From positions 78,308,001 through 78,372,000 of the forward strand of contig CM059432.1 of NCBI GenBank assembly GCA_030390025.1: a stretch of DNA of 64,000 nt, in the 5' to 3' direction. Made by a program: the position numbers and the translations under genes. This DNA comes from Squalus acanthias. Lineage: Eukaryota. The notes beneath the pieces were generated by a model. The model searched no databases. It was not told the origin of the DNA and was given only the letters and a program-made list of their open reading frames with translations. The stretch's first letter is position 1; every line of letters starts with the position of its first letter. Below, in pieces: positions 24,896-38,351 of the stretch.

Positions 24896-25164
24896 AACAG
24901 TGAAAGGCACCTAACTTTGGGTGGGGGGGCACCCACACCCATCAGACGTAAGTATCCCTGCTGGACTTCATCCCAGTAGTTAGAGACCGTATTCTAGTCT
25001 CCACTTACTGGGGCTGTCTGAAGTGGGGCTCAAACCCTTCTGACTCAGGGGTGGGATTACTATCACTAAGCCAAAGGCTCACTCCATACTCTATGGTAAT
25101 ACACAGCAAAGAAATAAATAACCTTAACACCAATAGCGGTTTTCTTGTCTGCTGATTTTAATTA

Positions 25165-25450
25165 TTTTATTTGTTCTTGGGATGTGGGTGATGCTGGCAA
25201 AGCTTCACTTATTGCCTATCCCTAGTTGCCTGAGAAAATGGTGAGGCCTTATGCTGATGGTGGCCCCATGATGGCGTTATGTAGGGAATTCCAGGATTTT
25301 GACCCAGCGGCAATGAAGGGACGGCAGTACATATCCAAGTTAGGATGGTGTGTGACTTGGAGGAGAACTTCGAGGTGTTGGTGTTGCCATGATCCTGCTG
25401 CTCTAGTCCGTCTTGGTAGTGGAGGACGCAGGGTAGAGAGGTGCTGTTGA
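25165..25450 (-). mobile_element. 3' end fragment of the same LINE family as 15349-17932
   Basis: Reverse-complement similarity to 17640-17930 (GGAATTCCAGGATTTTGACCCAGCG, GGATGGTGTGTGACTTGGAGG). Confidence 0.75.
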
Positions 25451-25973
25451 AAACTCTTCTAACAGATGGTGAATATTTGGCCAAACATGTTTGATGTTTT
25501 GCTCCAAAAATATTATAATATAAATTCTCTTTTCTTCTGTTCTGCTCTCCTCCATCTTGTTTGCCATGTTTTCCTCTGTTAAGTTGTCATGGCTCAAAGT
25601 GGTGCATGAAGTGTCCACTCATTATGCTCCAGCCATTGTGGTGTGGGGCATGGTTGATGGACCAGCTGGTCTTTTCCTGCCCGTCAGTTTCGTATGTTTT
25701 ACCAACAGAAAGTGTCAACTTTGAAATGATGGAGTGGGATATAGGGATACTACTAGAGGAACAATGGATTCATTTAAATTCCTCTCTCCATTATTTTAGC
25801 AGAGGGTTAATGACACCACTAAAACAGCAGGGAAGGAATTTCAGACAAATGTTAACCAATCACCCTCTAGTATTCCACACCATCATTGCAAGATCATCTT
25901 TTTAAATGATGAATCAAATGCTTATTTTGAAGTGTATTTTGAATATTTAATAAAAATGTCTTTTCTTTTACAG

Positions 25974-25996
25974 AATACAAAACCTCTTATTAAAAA
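25974..25996 (+). CDS. TRIM55: TRIM55 23-nt microexon
   Basis: ttttacag|AATACAAAACCTCTTATTAAAAA|gtaagt; encodes NTKPLIK(K); phases fit both neighbouring exons. Confidence 0.92.
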
Positions 25997-26109
25997 GTAA
26001 GTAGCAAGCTGCACAGGCCTGATTTTAATAATGTTCTTATAAGGATATGGATTGTTATCATACAACCTACTTACGATGCAGATATTCAATTACTGTATAA
26101 CTTTTTTAG

Positions 26110-26234
26110 GATTTCAGAAGCATCGAAAATAGCACACATGGAAAAGATAGAACGTGGCTTTGAGAATATGGATCACTTTTCAGCAGAATTTACGAGGGAA
26201 GAAAGGCTTCTCAGGGAGATTGACTTCCAAAAAT
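26110..26234 (+). CDS. TRIM55: TRIM55 exon (COS box), 125 nt
   Basis: ttttag|G...T|gtaagc; encodes ISEASKIAHMEKIERGFENMDHFSAEFTREERLLREIDFQK. Confidence 0.95.
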
Positions 26235-26482
26235 GTAAGCACGTGTTCCACAACAATTTTAGATCATTTACTTTTCATGGTAAACAATAGACCAAAGCTT
26301 AGACAGCCATTCCTAAGTGTATTTTGTGCTCATTAAGATGTCGTTACTGGGAAATAATCAGGAAACTATTTAATAAATATTATTTTTCATGTAGGAATGG
26401 AACTGCTCTGAAATAAAACTAGAAAATACTTCTTGATCAGGTCACAACATGTTGATCAGTATCTAATCCTTCAACCAAACAC

Positions 26483-26677
26483 TGGGGTACATTTTCACCT
26501 TCACCGTATGGGCGGTAGTCTGGCAGAGTAGATTCCTGCCCATTATAGAATCCCCACCCCACTCCTTTGATTTCATTCCATTGAAATCAGTGGAATGATA
26601 TCAGGGTAGTTCTATAAAGAGTGGGTAATCTGCTCCACCAGATTACTGGCCAGGTGCTGAAGATAACAATTTACCCT
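26483..26677. mobile_element. Short palindromic MITE (~195 bp)
   Basis: Imperfect fold-back: GGGTACATT/AATTTACCC ends, GGTAGTCTGG/CCAGATTACT, TATAGAA/TTCTATA, CATTCCA/TGGAATG. Confidence 0.6.
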
Positions 26678-27918
26678 GTTCTTTTCAGATGTTGATTGAC
26701 TTGTTCATTTTATGTTTTTATTACAGATTTCCAGCACCAGGTGAATGCACTGTCCTGCTCTCCAGTGATGAGCCAAGCTCAAAGGGAGTGCGGGTTGGCG
26801 ATAGTGCTACAACACTACAGCACTTTTTCTCCAACCTGGGTTCCCTTCATGGACAGCTCTCTGCTGGGAGCAATTGAAGTGCTAAATTTACCATTATGTG
26901 CATTTTCTTCTTTTTATGGCATGGCTCTTTACATAGAGGTTTTGTTTTTGTTTATGGAGAATTTTATAGAGGATGTCAGTGTTAGGGAAGAGAACATTTG
27001 CACACGTTTTAGGCAGTGGCAACACTAAACACTTTCAAGTTAAGTGTGGTACAGGTTAAAGTTCCATTCACACTAGTCCAGCAAGGCATTTTAACTCCAA
27101 TCTCATTTCCATTTCCCTCACTGACCATCTTTGTAGACTTTTTAGGTGAGATTGTGAATTTAGTGCAAATTAGTGCTGGGCAGTTTTATATTGTGGAAAA
27201 ACACTCATTGGAAATGGAGCTGAGACTGCTAGAGTCATTTCGTATTAGGCTCTTATAGTCACCAAGATCTTGCCAGGTAATGCTGAATTGAAGCCCAGGT
27301 CCCAGTGCTGATAGGACAGCTGATGAAGAAAATTATGTTTTCTTACATTGCCTCTATAAAAGTTGATAATTGTCTCTATGGTAGTTGAATATTTCAGGTT
27401 CAGTTAATAAATTTTTATTGAAACAATCAATTCCACCTCAGATTGTAGCCCCCTGCCAGAATTGCACTGATTAACTGCCCTTCCCAGCCCCTGGAAATTT
27501 GGGCCCAATGTCTTGTAGTCATAGGGCAAAATTCTTCTGTGTGATGTGGGCAATAAAATTATAAATCACTTACAAAGAACATGTTTACGATTTTGCTGGA
27601 CATAGCATACAGTGGAAATCTTCCACCATAATCTCAGACTTGCTCATTGTTTACTCAGTTCTAAGCTGATTTTATATTATGCTGAGTGCCATGTTAGTGC
27701 CACCTGCTCCTGGTGTGTGGGTTTTGTGCAGCTGGCAGCAACACCAGTGTAAACTTGCTGGATTCGCTGAGGCCACCGCCAGTAAGATCCAGTAATTTTG
27801 CGTTGGCATTGCCGCCAGCTGATTGACATTCATGCATCAGAAGCTGACAGCACTAGCACAGCACTAAAGCAGTATAAAAACAGCTCTACATGAGACCTTA
27901 TACTCTTTAAACCCACAG

Positions 27919-28136
27919 TTGAAGAGGAGACAGATGAACTGGAAGAAGAAGGGGGAGAAGTGGAAGCAGAAGAAACTGAAGAGATTCACACTGAAGTGGA
28001 ACAGTCCCAACAACAGGAAGATACTGCCAGAGCTTTGTCACCATCTATATCTCCAGCAGAGCCAATACCTACAAACACAGCTGCATTGGCATCAGAAGAG
28101 GAACATGATTCATTGCCAGCAGATGCCGTTCAGCAG
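27919..28136 (+). CDS. TRIM55: TRIM55 exon (acidic region), 218 nt
   Basis: cacag|TT...CAG|gtaac; encodes (F)EEETDELEEEGGEVEAEETEEIHTE...LPADAVQQ; phase 1 in, phase 0 out. Confidence 0.9.
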
Positions 28137-31100
28137 GTAACACTGATATTCAAGTATTGATGTTAACAACTAGTGACAAAAATCAAAGCATTCCAGAAAC
28201 TGTAGCCTCTTTTTATTGGAAAGGATATTTTCTTAGAGATAGATGGATGCTTTCTTTCACTGATAAAATTGCAATGTTTTAATAGCTTTCAGTGAAATGA
28301 GTCTTCCTTTATATCAAGATTGCTCAGAGGAAAAGAGATAGGCTATGACCAAGGACAAAATGGAGTCCTTCACTCTAAACCCTGTTCATTCCTAATTCTT
28401 ACAATATTTTGGTAGGCATTTCAGAGCTATGATAACCTCATAAAGATGGAAACCACTTGGTTGGTCTACTTTTCATTTTCCAAGTTGCCCCTTCCTATGT
28501 TGATTTAAAAGGCTCAGTGACATTGTGACTTCAAATAGAAGGGCCTTAATGTTTTCAACCTAGTGGTCTGCCAAGTACAAGGGCTAATTTTTCTAGGAAC
28601 AACCTTGTGTATGCTTGGCAAAGACAGCCTGGAATTCCACCACTGGCAATATTAAGGCTTTTCTGCCGCAGTGCTGAAGCAAAGCCAGCCAGTGCAGCAA
28701 GTTTTCTTAAGTTTTCTAATCTCATTTGAATAACTATTCATAGCTGCAAATGCAGCTTTAGCCTTGTTCAGGGAGCAAGCCCAATGACAAAAGCAGAAAA
28801 TTTGGAATGCAAGCACAAATCAAAGGCATGTGCGCACTTAAAAGTAAATGACTGCATATGGGGACAAACATTTATTTCAGCCTTTATCAGGATTCAAAAT
28901 CAATTTCAAATATTTTTCAGCCAAGGCTGGGAGGCTGGGAGATGGGGCAGGCATAGGAAACCCAAGGTGGAAGCACGAAACAGATTCTGTAGGTAAGTGA
29001 CAGACTGGCACAGAACTCAACTCCCTGTTTGACTGATAGTTAGATGGATATACATGCACATGAGGTGGTTGTGAGGAAGGTTGCCCAATGTGGTACTTCA
29101 GCCGAGACCCCCCCCCGCCCCCCCACCCCCCCACATCCCTCAGAGACCAGCAGGTTAATAACCTGCAGACCTGAGGATAGATGACGAAGAAGACAGCATG
29201 TTTAAAGAAGTCTGGCAAGGAAAGGGTACCCAACAACATCACTGATCTTGTGGATAGCCCAAAGATTGCATGCCACAAAGTGTCGCTTGTTTCACATGTA
29301 CTCCTCATCCATGCCAAGCCCTCATTCAACATTACAGCTCCTTACATCTCAGTCATACCCATTCCTCAGGAGGGCGCACCTTCAAGATGCAATGTAGAAC
29401 TGAAAATATTGTCACAATCAAATATATCACGATCATATACCTCAAGCCATCTGAGAACAACCTAGCTGCATAATGCACAGTTACTGACCGACACCCAGGT
29501 TGGCCGCAGGTTGTGTACACGCCCGTCCCTGTGCAAGTGTTCCTTCAATTCCTAACCTCTCACGGTGACTTTTCTGCTGGTACAACCAGAAGCCACTTTG
29601 AGGGAACAATCCCATCCTGCAGAAAGTCCTCCCTGGTCAAGCATAGGTGCTGGCACATCTTAGCTGATGTGCAGAAGAAACTCTGGCAGATTCCATGGAT
29701 TCAGCTATGTGGGGAATGGTGAGTCTAGACAACTCACCTCAGGTGTATATAGACTGCCCTCTGATGAATTCTCTGTAAATCCTCCTTCTCTTCTAGCTAT
29801 CTGAGGGCAAGAGGAATTTTAAAAGGAATGTCCATGCGACCAACGACACTGTTGCAAATCACAGTGAAACTCCCCTGGCTGGTAGATGGTAAAAAAAGAA
29901 AAGAAAAATTAAAATAAACCCCTCAAAAAGCAATACACGTAAACAAAAGGAAACAAAAAAGGCAAAAAAAAACCCCACCAAATTATTGGACAGATAGCAT
30001 TATGAAGTACAGGAAGTGCCTTCTCCTGGCTGTGTGCCTGCTGCATGTGTGCTGTGCACCTAGTTATACAGGTGCACAGCAATGATGTCACCCTATTAGC
30101 TGCATGCGGTGGGAAATGTGGGGCTAGAAAGTCCTACCTCAAATTCTGTAAAGTTATTCCTTCTAAAGAGGTTAGTGCCCTGGAGCAGCTCAAGCCTCCT
30201 GCTCCCCCAGCATTGACTGGTTGGAAAAACAATGCATATAGAGCATAAGGCCTCGGACCCCATTTCCCTTCCCTGCCCCCATGCCCAGAGTGCATGTGTC
30301 ACTTGCCCAGGGGTGTGGAATTTTTCCCAATATAATCTAAGGTTATATTTTTGTATTTTAATTATCTGCCTTGGTACTTTAATTGGTATACTAATAATTA
30401 TTTAAATTTGTAACATATATGCAACTTAGTTTTAATTTTATAAAAAAAAATGTAAGATAATTCAGAGCAAATGACCATTAGTTTCTAGCTGCTATTTTCA
30501 ATATTTTTGTTTTATCACGGTAAGAAATCCCACTATCTCAGTGGGTCAGTAGGTAAACCCACCGAGTGGCTATACAAACCAGAAGGATCCCAGGGCAATC
30601 CCATATCTGTGTTGAGTTTACCTGATCTCAACTGGGACAGATGTTGGGGAACTACAGTTAGCCTCAGTATCCCTGGGCTAAGGAGGGGAAACTTAGATAG
30701 AATCTGCTCTCCTAACTGCAGTGATTCTCGCTGGAAAGTAAACATGCATGAGTGTTGGGTGAGGTTTGGGTTCAGATATTTTTCTCCCCTCTGCAGAATA
30801 GAATAGCCTCCCAACACTCAGGTCTGGATTTTCCTCCCTGATGGGATCGCTGCTGGCAATGTGATGGAAAAGGACTTCTGCTCACCTGCCTGCCCCAGTG
30901 CTGACCCAGCCAAATTTTCCAAGCTTCATTTAAATATTATAGGTGGGCTCCCATCAGTTTCATCACCTCTTTTTGGGAGCTTACCACCATGGGATGGGAA
31001 ATGGCAAGCTGCCATAGGATTTAAATGCCAACAGCAGCTTAAAGCAGTAACTGTTTTTTGTGAAAGAAGGATTGAAATGCCAGGCTGAATTTTTACTTTG

Positions 31101-31246
31101 AAGGGTGTGGGGGTTTGCAAGCGTGTGGGCAGTTAAAAGCGCTGAAATTGACAGCGTGTTGGGAAGCCGGCTTCTGCCTTTAACTCAGGTGTCTTAGTCA
31201 GCGCGCGAGAGACCCCCTTGGGAGAGGCGGGTGACTTAATTAAAGC

Positions 31247-33390
31247 AACTTGGGAAAATAAAATGGACAAACAATAATGTAGAACAGCAATGGGAAACAT
31301 TTAAAATGGTGTTCAACAGAGTCTAGGAAAAATATATTCCGCTAAAAAACAAGAACAAGCTAAACACTAATGAGACACCATGGATGAATAAAGACATAAG
31401 GGAAAAATTGAGGGTAAGGAAAGAGGCATACACTAAGTATATGGACAGCAGGGGAGAGCATGACAAGAGAGAATACGAAGAGACTAGGAGAGAAGTCAAA
31501 AAAAATTAGAAAGGCAAAAAGGAACTATGAAAGTAAATTATCATGGAACATAAAACAAAATAGTAAAATATTTTACAGGCACAGCAATAAAAAAAGAAAG
31601 GTCGGGAAGGGACTAGGGCCACTAAGGGATGGACACGATAATATCATAGGCAGCAATAGAGAGATGGCGGAAATATTAACTAATTACTTTGCTTCAGTAT
31701 TTACCAGGGAAACAGAACAAGAGGACATGACATCGGATGATGAGATTAGAAATGAGATAACTGCATTTAAAATAAAAAGAGGAGAAATATTAAATAAACT
31801 AATCAAACTCAAAGAGGATAAAACCCCTGGTCCGGACAGATTACATCCACACATTTTAAAAGAATCTAGGGAAGAGATAGCAGAGGCATTACTACACATA
31901 TTTAATAATTCGTTAGAAAAAGGTGTCGTGTCAGAGGACTGGCGGATAGCTAACGTAATATCTATATTTTAGAAGGGAGATAGAACATGTCCAGGGATCT
32001 ATAGACCAGTCATCTTAACATCGGTGGTAGGAAAAATAATGGAATCCCGACTAAAGGAGAAAATAGAAGAACATCTAGAAACCAAAAATATAACAATGAA
32101 TAGTCAGCATGGATTTCAAAAGAGGAAGTCTTGCTTGACCAACCTCATTGAATTTTTTGAAGTGGTAACAGAGAGAGTAGACAAGGGTAATGCAGTAGAT
32201 GTAATTTATCTAGATTTTCAAAAAGCCTTCGATAAGGCACCACATAATAGACTAATGAATAAGGTCAGAGAATACGGAGTCAGGGGACAAGTAGCAGAAT
32301 GGATAACTAGCTGGCTTCAAGACAGAAAGCAGAGAGAGTAGGGGTAAAATAGCTATTCACAGTGGCAGAAGGTGGGAAGTGGTGTTCCTCAAGGATCAGT
32401 GCTGGGACCACTGTTGTTCACAATTTATATTAACGATTTAGACTTTGGAACCAAAAACACAATTTCTAAATTTGCGGATGACACCAAATTGGGGGGGATA
32501 GTCAATACTGAGGAGGACTGCAACAAATTACAAGAAGACATTAATAAACTAGCAGAATGGGTATATAATTGGCAAATGAATTTCAACACAGAGAAATGTG
32601 AGGTATTACATTTTGGTAAGAAAAATAGGGAGGTCACATATTACTTGGAAAATACAAATCTAAATTGGGTAGAAGAGCAAAGGGATCTCGAAGTACAAAT
32701 ACACAAATCACTAAGAGTAGCGACACAGATTAACAAGGCCATAAAAAGGCAAACCAAGCACTAGGGTTTATTTCTAGAGGGATAGAATTGAAAAGTAGAA
32801 AAGTTATGCTAAACATATATCGAACCTTGGTTAGACCACACTTGGAGTACTGAGTCCAGTTCTAGTCGCTATATTATAAAAAGGATATAGAGGCACTGGA
32901 GAGGGTGCAAAAAAGATTTACAAGGATTATACCAGAAATGTGAGGGTATACCTATCAGGAAAGGATGAACAGGCTGGGTCTCTTTTCTCTTGAAAAGAGA
33001 AGGCTGAGGGATGACCTAATAGAGGTCTTTCAAATTATGAAAGGTTTTGATAGAATAGATACAGAGAGAGAGTTTCCACTTGTGGGGAAGAGCAAAACTA
33101 GAGGCCATCAATATAAGATAGTCACCACAAAATCAAATAGGGAATTCAGAAGAAACTTCTTTACCCAGAGAGTGGTGAGAATGTGGAACTCACTACCACA
33201 GGGAGTAGTTGAAGCGAATAGTATAGATGCATTTAAGGGAGGCTAGATAAGCATATGAGGGAGAAGGGAATAGAGGGTTACGCTGATAGAGTTAGATGCA
33301 GAAGGGGGCTCAAGTGGAGCATAAACGCCGGCATGGACCGGTTGGGTCGAATGGCCTGTTTCTGTGTTGTATATCCTAAGTAGTCGTATG
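31247..33390 (+). mobile_element. CR1 LINE, 5'-truncated, inside Harbinger B
   Basis: Broken ORF2: [42 protein letters not shown]; 3' UTR ends AATGGCCTGTTTCTGTG. Confidence 0.92.
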
Positions 33391-33734
33391 CAATTTAGAG
33401 ATTGTTAAGAGGCTATTAACAGCCTTTTTTACCTGATGTTGCAGCTTTTATTGGCTGTCCACAGGATTCCCGGGCTTGTTGAACCTCGCCAGTGAAAGTA
33501 AGGCGAGAGCACAGCGGCAATTGTGGGAGCTGAACAAATGACATTTAAAAAAATCTTATAAATACTCACACCTGCTTCCTTGCCTTAGGGAAAGGCTCTT
33601 GCTGTCATCACTTGTGCTGAGAGTTTGCTTTCAGGAGTTTGCATGTGATTTCTACAACTTTGGAAGTCACTCTTGCTACATTGGAGGTCACTCTCACTAC
33701 ATTGGAGGATTGTGCCTTCTGTCATATATCAGAT

Positions 33735-34926
33735 CAGCAGGGGTGCCGCTTATGCTGTTTCACCTTGGACCTCAGATGAGGACCAAGATGAGCCCCAGCA
33801 GCAACAACCAGCAGGAGCAACAGCAGCCTTCTTCTCACCGACCTGCCACTCAACAGGAGAGAGGGGATGAGCAGAGGGGTGGAGCTCGCAGGAGGCAATA
33901 CCCCCAACACAGGGTATATAGGCAGAGGATCAGCTTCCTGGACACGACTGAACAGCAGAGCCTCAGGAGGCTCAGGCTATTGTGTCAGGTCGTGGCAGAT
34001 ATTTATAGCCTGCTGGAAGACCTGCTGCCACGTGTACCTGGTGGACACGCGTTACCAGTGACTGTCAAAGTCACCACCACCCTCAACTTCTTCACCTCAG
34101 GCTCTTTCCATGGATTTTGCAGGAGACATTTGCAGGATCTCGCAGGTGGCCACCCACAAATGCACCACCCAGGTGACCGATGCCATGTTTGACAAGGCAG
34201 GCACTTATGTACACTTTGCCACTGATGAAGCCAGTCATACTGAGTGGGCACTCAACTTTGAGGCTCTGGCTGGCTTCCCACAGGTGCAGGGCATCATCGA
34301 CTGCACACATGTGGCCATCGAGGCACCCCCAGATCACCCAGGAGTTTTCATGAACCATAAGGGCTTCCACTCCATCAATGTGCAGCTAGTCTGCAACCAC
34401 TAAAAGATCATCATGCATGTATGTGCCAGATTCCCAGGGAGCTGTCATGACTCTTTTGTCCTGCGCCAGCCCACCCTCCCTCAGTTCTTCGCACCTCTGA
34501 CCAGACTTAATGGCTGGCTGCTTGGAGACAAGGGCTATCCACTGAAGACATGGCTGATGACACCCTTGAGGAGGCCAAGTAATGAGGCCGAGGAGTGCTA
34601 CAATGAAAGCTACATGACGAGCAGATGTGTCATAGAGCAAGCAATCGGCATGCTGGAGATGCCTTGACAGATCTTGAGGAGCCCTTCAGTACGCACCTGC
34701 CAGGGTCTCCAGAATGATCGGTGTATTCTGCGCGCTGCACAACACAATGCAGCAGCGAGGATTGGAACTGCAGGAGGAGCAAGGCTCAGAGTGCACAGCC
34801 TCTTTGGAGGAGGAGGAGGAACACGAGGAGGCGGAGGAGGAACGTGAAGTGGCCATGGCACCAGCAGCAGCACACATTGCTGCCCAGGAGGCCCGGGATG
34901 GCCTCATAATGGCTTGATTTAGTTAG
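33735..34926 (+). pseudogene. Harbinger B transposase pseudogene
   Basis: [42 protein letters not shown]; frameshifts near 33740 and 34115, TAA at 34401, deletion near 34665. Confidence 0.9.
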
Positions 34927-35214
34927 GTTGCACCAGTGCACCTATACGGCACCCAGATGATGAACCAACTTCCACCCCCCCACTACAAAGCGGTCCTAAA
35001 ATGACCAAACCATTCCTGTCATACACACCCATTGCTCGAGGTTAAGTAATATCTCACCATTCACTTCAACTGACGAGGCCACTTGCCAGGCAGCGGCAAA
35101 AATGGACAAGACGGGAAAGTGGTGCAAATAAATAATTTTACGTGGCTCAAAAAGTAAACAGAAACTTAACGAGCTAACATTTTATAACACACCCATGTGC
35201 ATACTCTTGTGCAT

Positions 35215-37051
35215 CTACAATTGTTTAATCTTCCTCTTCCTATAACTCCTATGCTGTGCAACCCCTGTGGCTTCAGCAGAAGTAGAGGCAGGCTGCTCAC
35301 TTCCCTGCTCTGACTGCTTAGATACTGTTGGCAGACGTCCTCTGGGTTTTGGAGCCTGTGAGGGCCCCGCCAAAGACTGCTCCTCCTGCAACTGTGCAGG
35401 GGCGGACTCGGCCATCGGGACACGAGGCAGCATCTGGGGCTCTGACTTGAGGCGGTTTGGAGAGGGGAGTGGGGGCAACGGGGGAGACGTGGGAGCGCTT
35501 TGAGCAGGGTCCCCACTTCCATGTCCCCTCTCACCATCATCCCTCTCATGGCCCACCCAGACTTCCCTGCTAGCAAGGAGTTGGAGAGCACTTTGCTGCA
35601 TATCAGTGGGACGATGAACAGCCAAGTCTAGGTTTCTATATATCCTAGATATGGTTGCATTCAGAGTCTGCAAAGTATTGTTCAGAGCAAGCATGCACTC
35701 GTTTGAATGCTGCATTTGATGCTCCATGCAGGTGGCCTCCCTTTCCATGAACGAACACATCATAGCTATGGCCTGCGACATAATGCCAGTCATGCTGGAG
35801 ATGGACTCCTCCACTCACCCTACAAGTGAGCACATCGCAGCTGGAAAACCTGCCAGAGCCTCCCGCATTTTCTGTTACTCCTCAAGAATCATCCGCTTTG
35901 TCAATGGCCCCCGAGGTTCAGCATCTGCATCCAGTTGAGCACTGCTTGGAGCGTCCTGTGCCCTCCGACGAGGATGCTCCACTGCTGTCTCTGTCTCCAC
36001 CATCTGTTCTTGCACACATGTAACCAGATGACAACACTACTTTCTCACTTAGTGGACCCACTGACGTGTGTGTATCGGCGCTGGTGCTTGGTCTGCATGG
36101 GTCATGTGACGATGCACCCTCAGAATCCGCGACTTCCTCTGAGGAGTCGTCTTCTTCCTCTGGCTGGACAGTGGGGGGGGACACTTGATGGGCCTGTGGG
36201 AGAGTAAAGACATGAATTAGAACTGTTATGATCAGAATATTTTAAGTTACCATTAGGCACATGATCATATTTCACTGGCTGCTAACATTAAGTCAAGACG
36301 AGTGACTGTTGTATGCCATGTGGCTGTGTGATATTTAATTCTGTCACTAGGTAGCTGGGAGGTCCCCCTCGCTCCATCTCCCACCGCCAGCAGCTCCGCC
36401 ACTCGGCTCAGCTCCAGCACCTCCTCCTCTGCTGAAGTGAGCATTCTCATGACTGGAGGCGCACCACCGGTTCGCTGCCTCTCCCTGTTGTTCTGTGCTC
36501 TCTCTCCTACAAGGAGGGAAACAAGAGATCTTTGAGTGAGAGTCATGGAATGCATGGAAGGGATGGATGGGCAACATCTGTTGAGAGTGACTATGAGGGA
36601 GAGGCGTAACATTGGTTTAAGATGAGGGTGAGTGCCAGTGGTGGATGGTCAGATAGGGATGTGAATAAGTGCATAGACAGTGAGGGATGGGTGCACCTGC
36701 AAGGTAGGTTGGTGTGCAGAGTGATGTGCAGGAGTGGGCTTGGGAAGGCAGAGTGAGGGGGTTGGGGTGACACACACATCAGGATGTAGGGCAATGTGGC
36801 ATTGTACTCACCTTTCTGACCTCATGAGGCCATTAAATGCATTTTCGACACTGTATCCAGGTCCTACCAACAACACTCCTGTTGCTCACTTCTTCAGCGA
36901 TCTCCAGCCATGCGTTCTGTGTCTGGCCAGCTGGCCTCTTCCTCCCATCAGCAGGGAACAGGATGTCCCTGCGGGCCCTGACTCCTTGGAGTAATATTTT
37001 CAAGGAGGCATCACTAAATCTTGGGGCTGATTTATGTCTTTGAGTCTGCAT
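35215..37051 (-). pseudogene. Harbinger B Myb/SANT-like gene; 3 exons (~37051-36812, ~36506-36347, ~36193-35215), disrupted
   Basis: KSAPRFSDASL...W.EIAEEV...RTWIQCRK; RAQNNRERQRTGG; PSTSADTHTSVGP shared with element A; RKRK tail. Confidence 0.8.
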
Positions 37052-38351
37052 TTTTCAGGTTAGAGCTTTATCTTCTTTTCCCAACAGAACCAACTCCACT
37101 CCAACAACCTGTCTTCCACCTCCACCAGCCTTCAAGTGACATGTGTGCATTGCCCCTTTAAATAGCACAGCTGAAGTAGAGTCATACGTGATGTCATTGG
37201 ACCCACTTCAGTTAATTGGTCGGGAAACTCGGAAGTCTGATTCAATTACAGTGGCTTCTTTAAAAAGCCACTGCAAAACGCACCTCTCCAACTTCTGGGT
37301 TCCCGACACAATCCATGGCCACTCCCCCCATCCCGCCCCCGCTGCCATCGACACTCAAAGGTAAAAATTAGCCCAATATCTCAGAAGCTTGCTGCAGGAC
37401 ACAGAGCCCCCAACTTTTCAGAGACATCAGTGGAAGTGCTTTTGGCCCAAATAAGGCTGAGGAGATAGGTCCTATTTGGGATTGACAGGAGAAATTGTCT
37501 AAAGCTAGTGACCATGCACAGTAGAAGGATGTACCCAGGACAATAAGTACCAACTCTGCCACCCCATGTATGTCAACACAATGCAGCGAGAAGTTTAATA
37601 ACTTTAACAGACCAGGCAAGACAAGAAATTCAGCAACACCTTCCAAAAATATACTGTACCATGCATCTCTGCCACTTACAACCACCTCACTTACAACCAC
37701 CTCACTGTGTTGAAGAGCTTACCATTAATGGGGAATCCTGCCACTCTAAAATTGCAGTGCCCAGTCATGCTGTCTCCGGTTGTCTATGGGGAAGGTAATA
37801 AACTGGCAAACAATGCATCTGTCACCTGCTTTATACATCTGCGCACATCCGATTGGCTAATGTTACCAATGCCCCCACTGCCAGCCTGGAATAACCTTGT
37901 AGTATTAAAGTTCCGTGTAGTTGTGACCTTCACGGCTGTTGGATGTGCGATGCCAACACTGGAGGAGGGCTGTAGGCTAAGTTACAACTATGGCATAAGA
38001 CATTGATGGCTTCCTTTGTAAAGTGGAGCCTCCAAAGCACTTCTCCTGGTCCAGCTAGAGGTAGGATCTTTATATTCTGGGGTGGGGGTACTGGCAGGTG
38101 AATGCCATAAGTTTCATACAAGTTGCCTGAGTCTTTCAAATCCACTACCACAGAATCATCACAGAAGGAGGCCATTTGGCCTGTTGAGCACATGCCGACT
38201 CTCTGCAAGAGCACTTCAGCTAGTCCCACTCCCCCGCCCTTTTCCCGTAGCCCTGCAATTTTTTTTCCTTCTGCTACTTATCCAATTCCCTTTTGAAAGC
38301 CACAATTGAATCTGCCTCCACTACCCTTTCAGGCAGTGCATTCTAGATCAT

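Larger units (their letters stand above)
31082..37374. mobile_element. PIF/Harbinger DNA transposon B (related to A), carrying a CR1 insertion
   Basis: TIRs AGGCTGAATTTTTACTTTGA / TCAAAGGTAAAAATTAGCCC; convergent transposase and Myb pseudogenes; TSD not resolved. Confidence 0.85.

Noticed and set aside
24384..24942. Hydrophobic membrane-protein-like ORFs on the minus strand
   Set aside because: They arise from the TC-rich complement of a GA low-complexity tract.
18118..28136. TRIM63 or TRIM54 instead of TRIM55
   Set aside because: RPEKKS.QPMCEEH, the ADPLFYP.W exon and the hydrophobic exon fit TRIM55 better. A phylogeny would confirm this.
28915..30330. Another very old Harbinger element (faint HLCLTRE and KVT traces on the minus strand near 29560-29660)
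   Set aside because: Too degenerate; no reliable TIR, TSD or catalytic motif.
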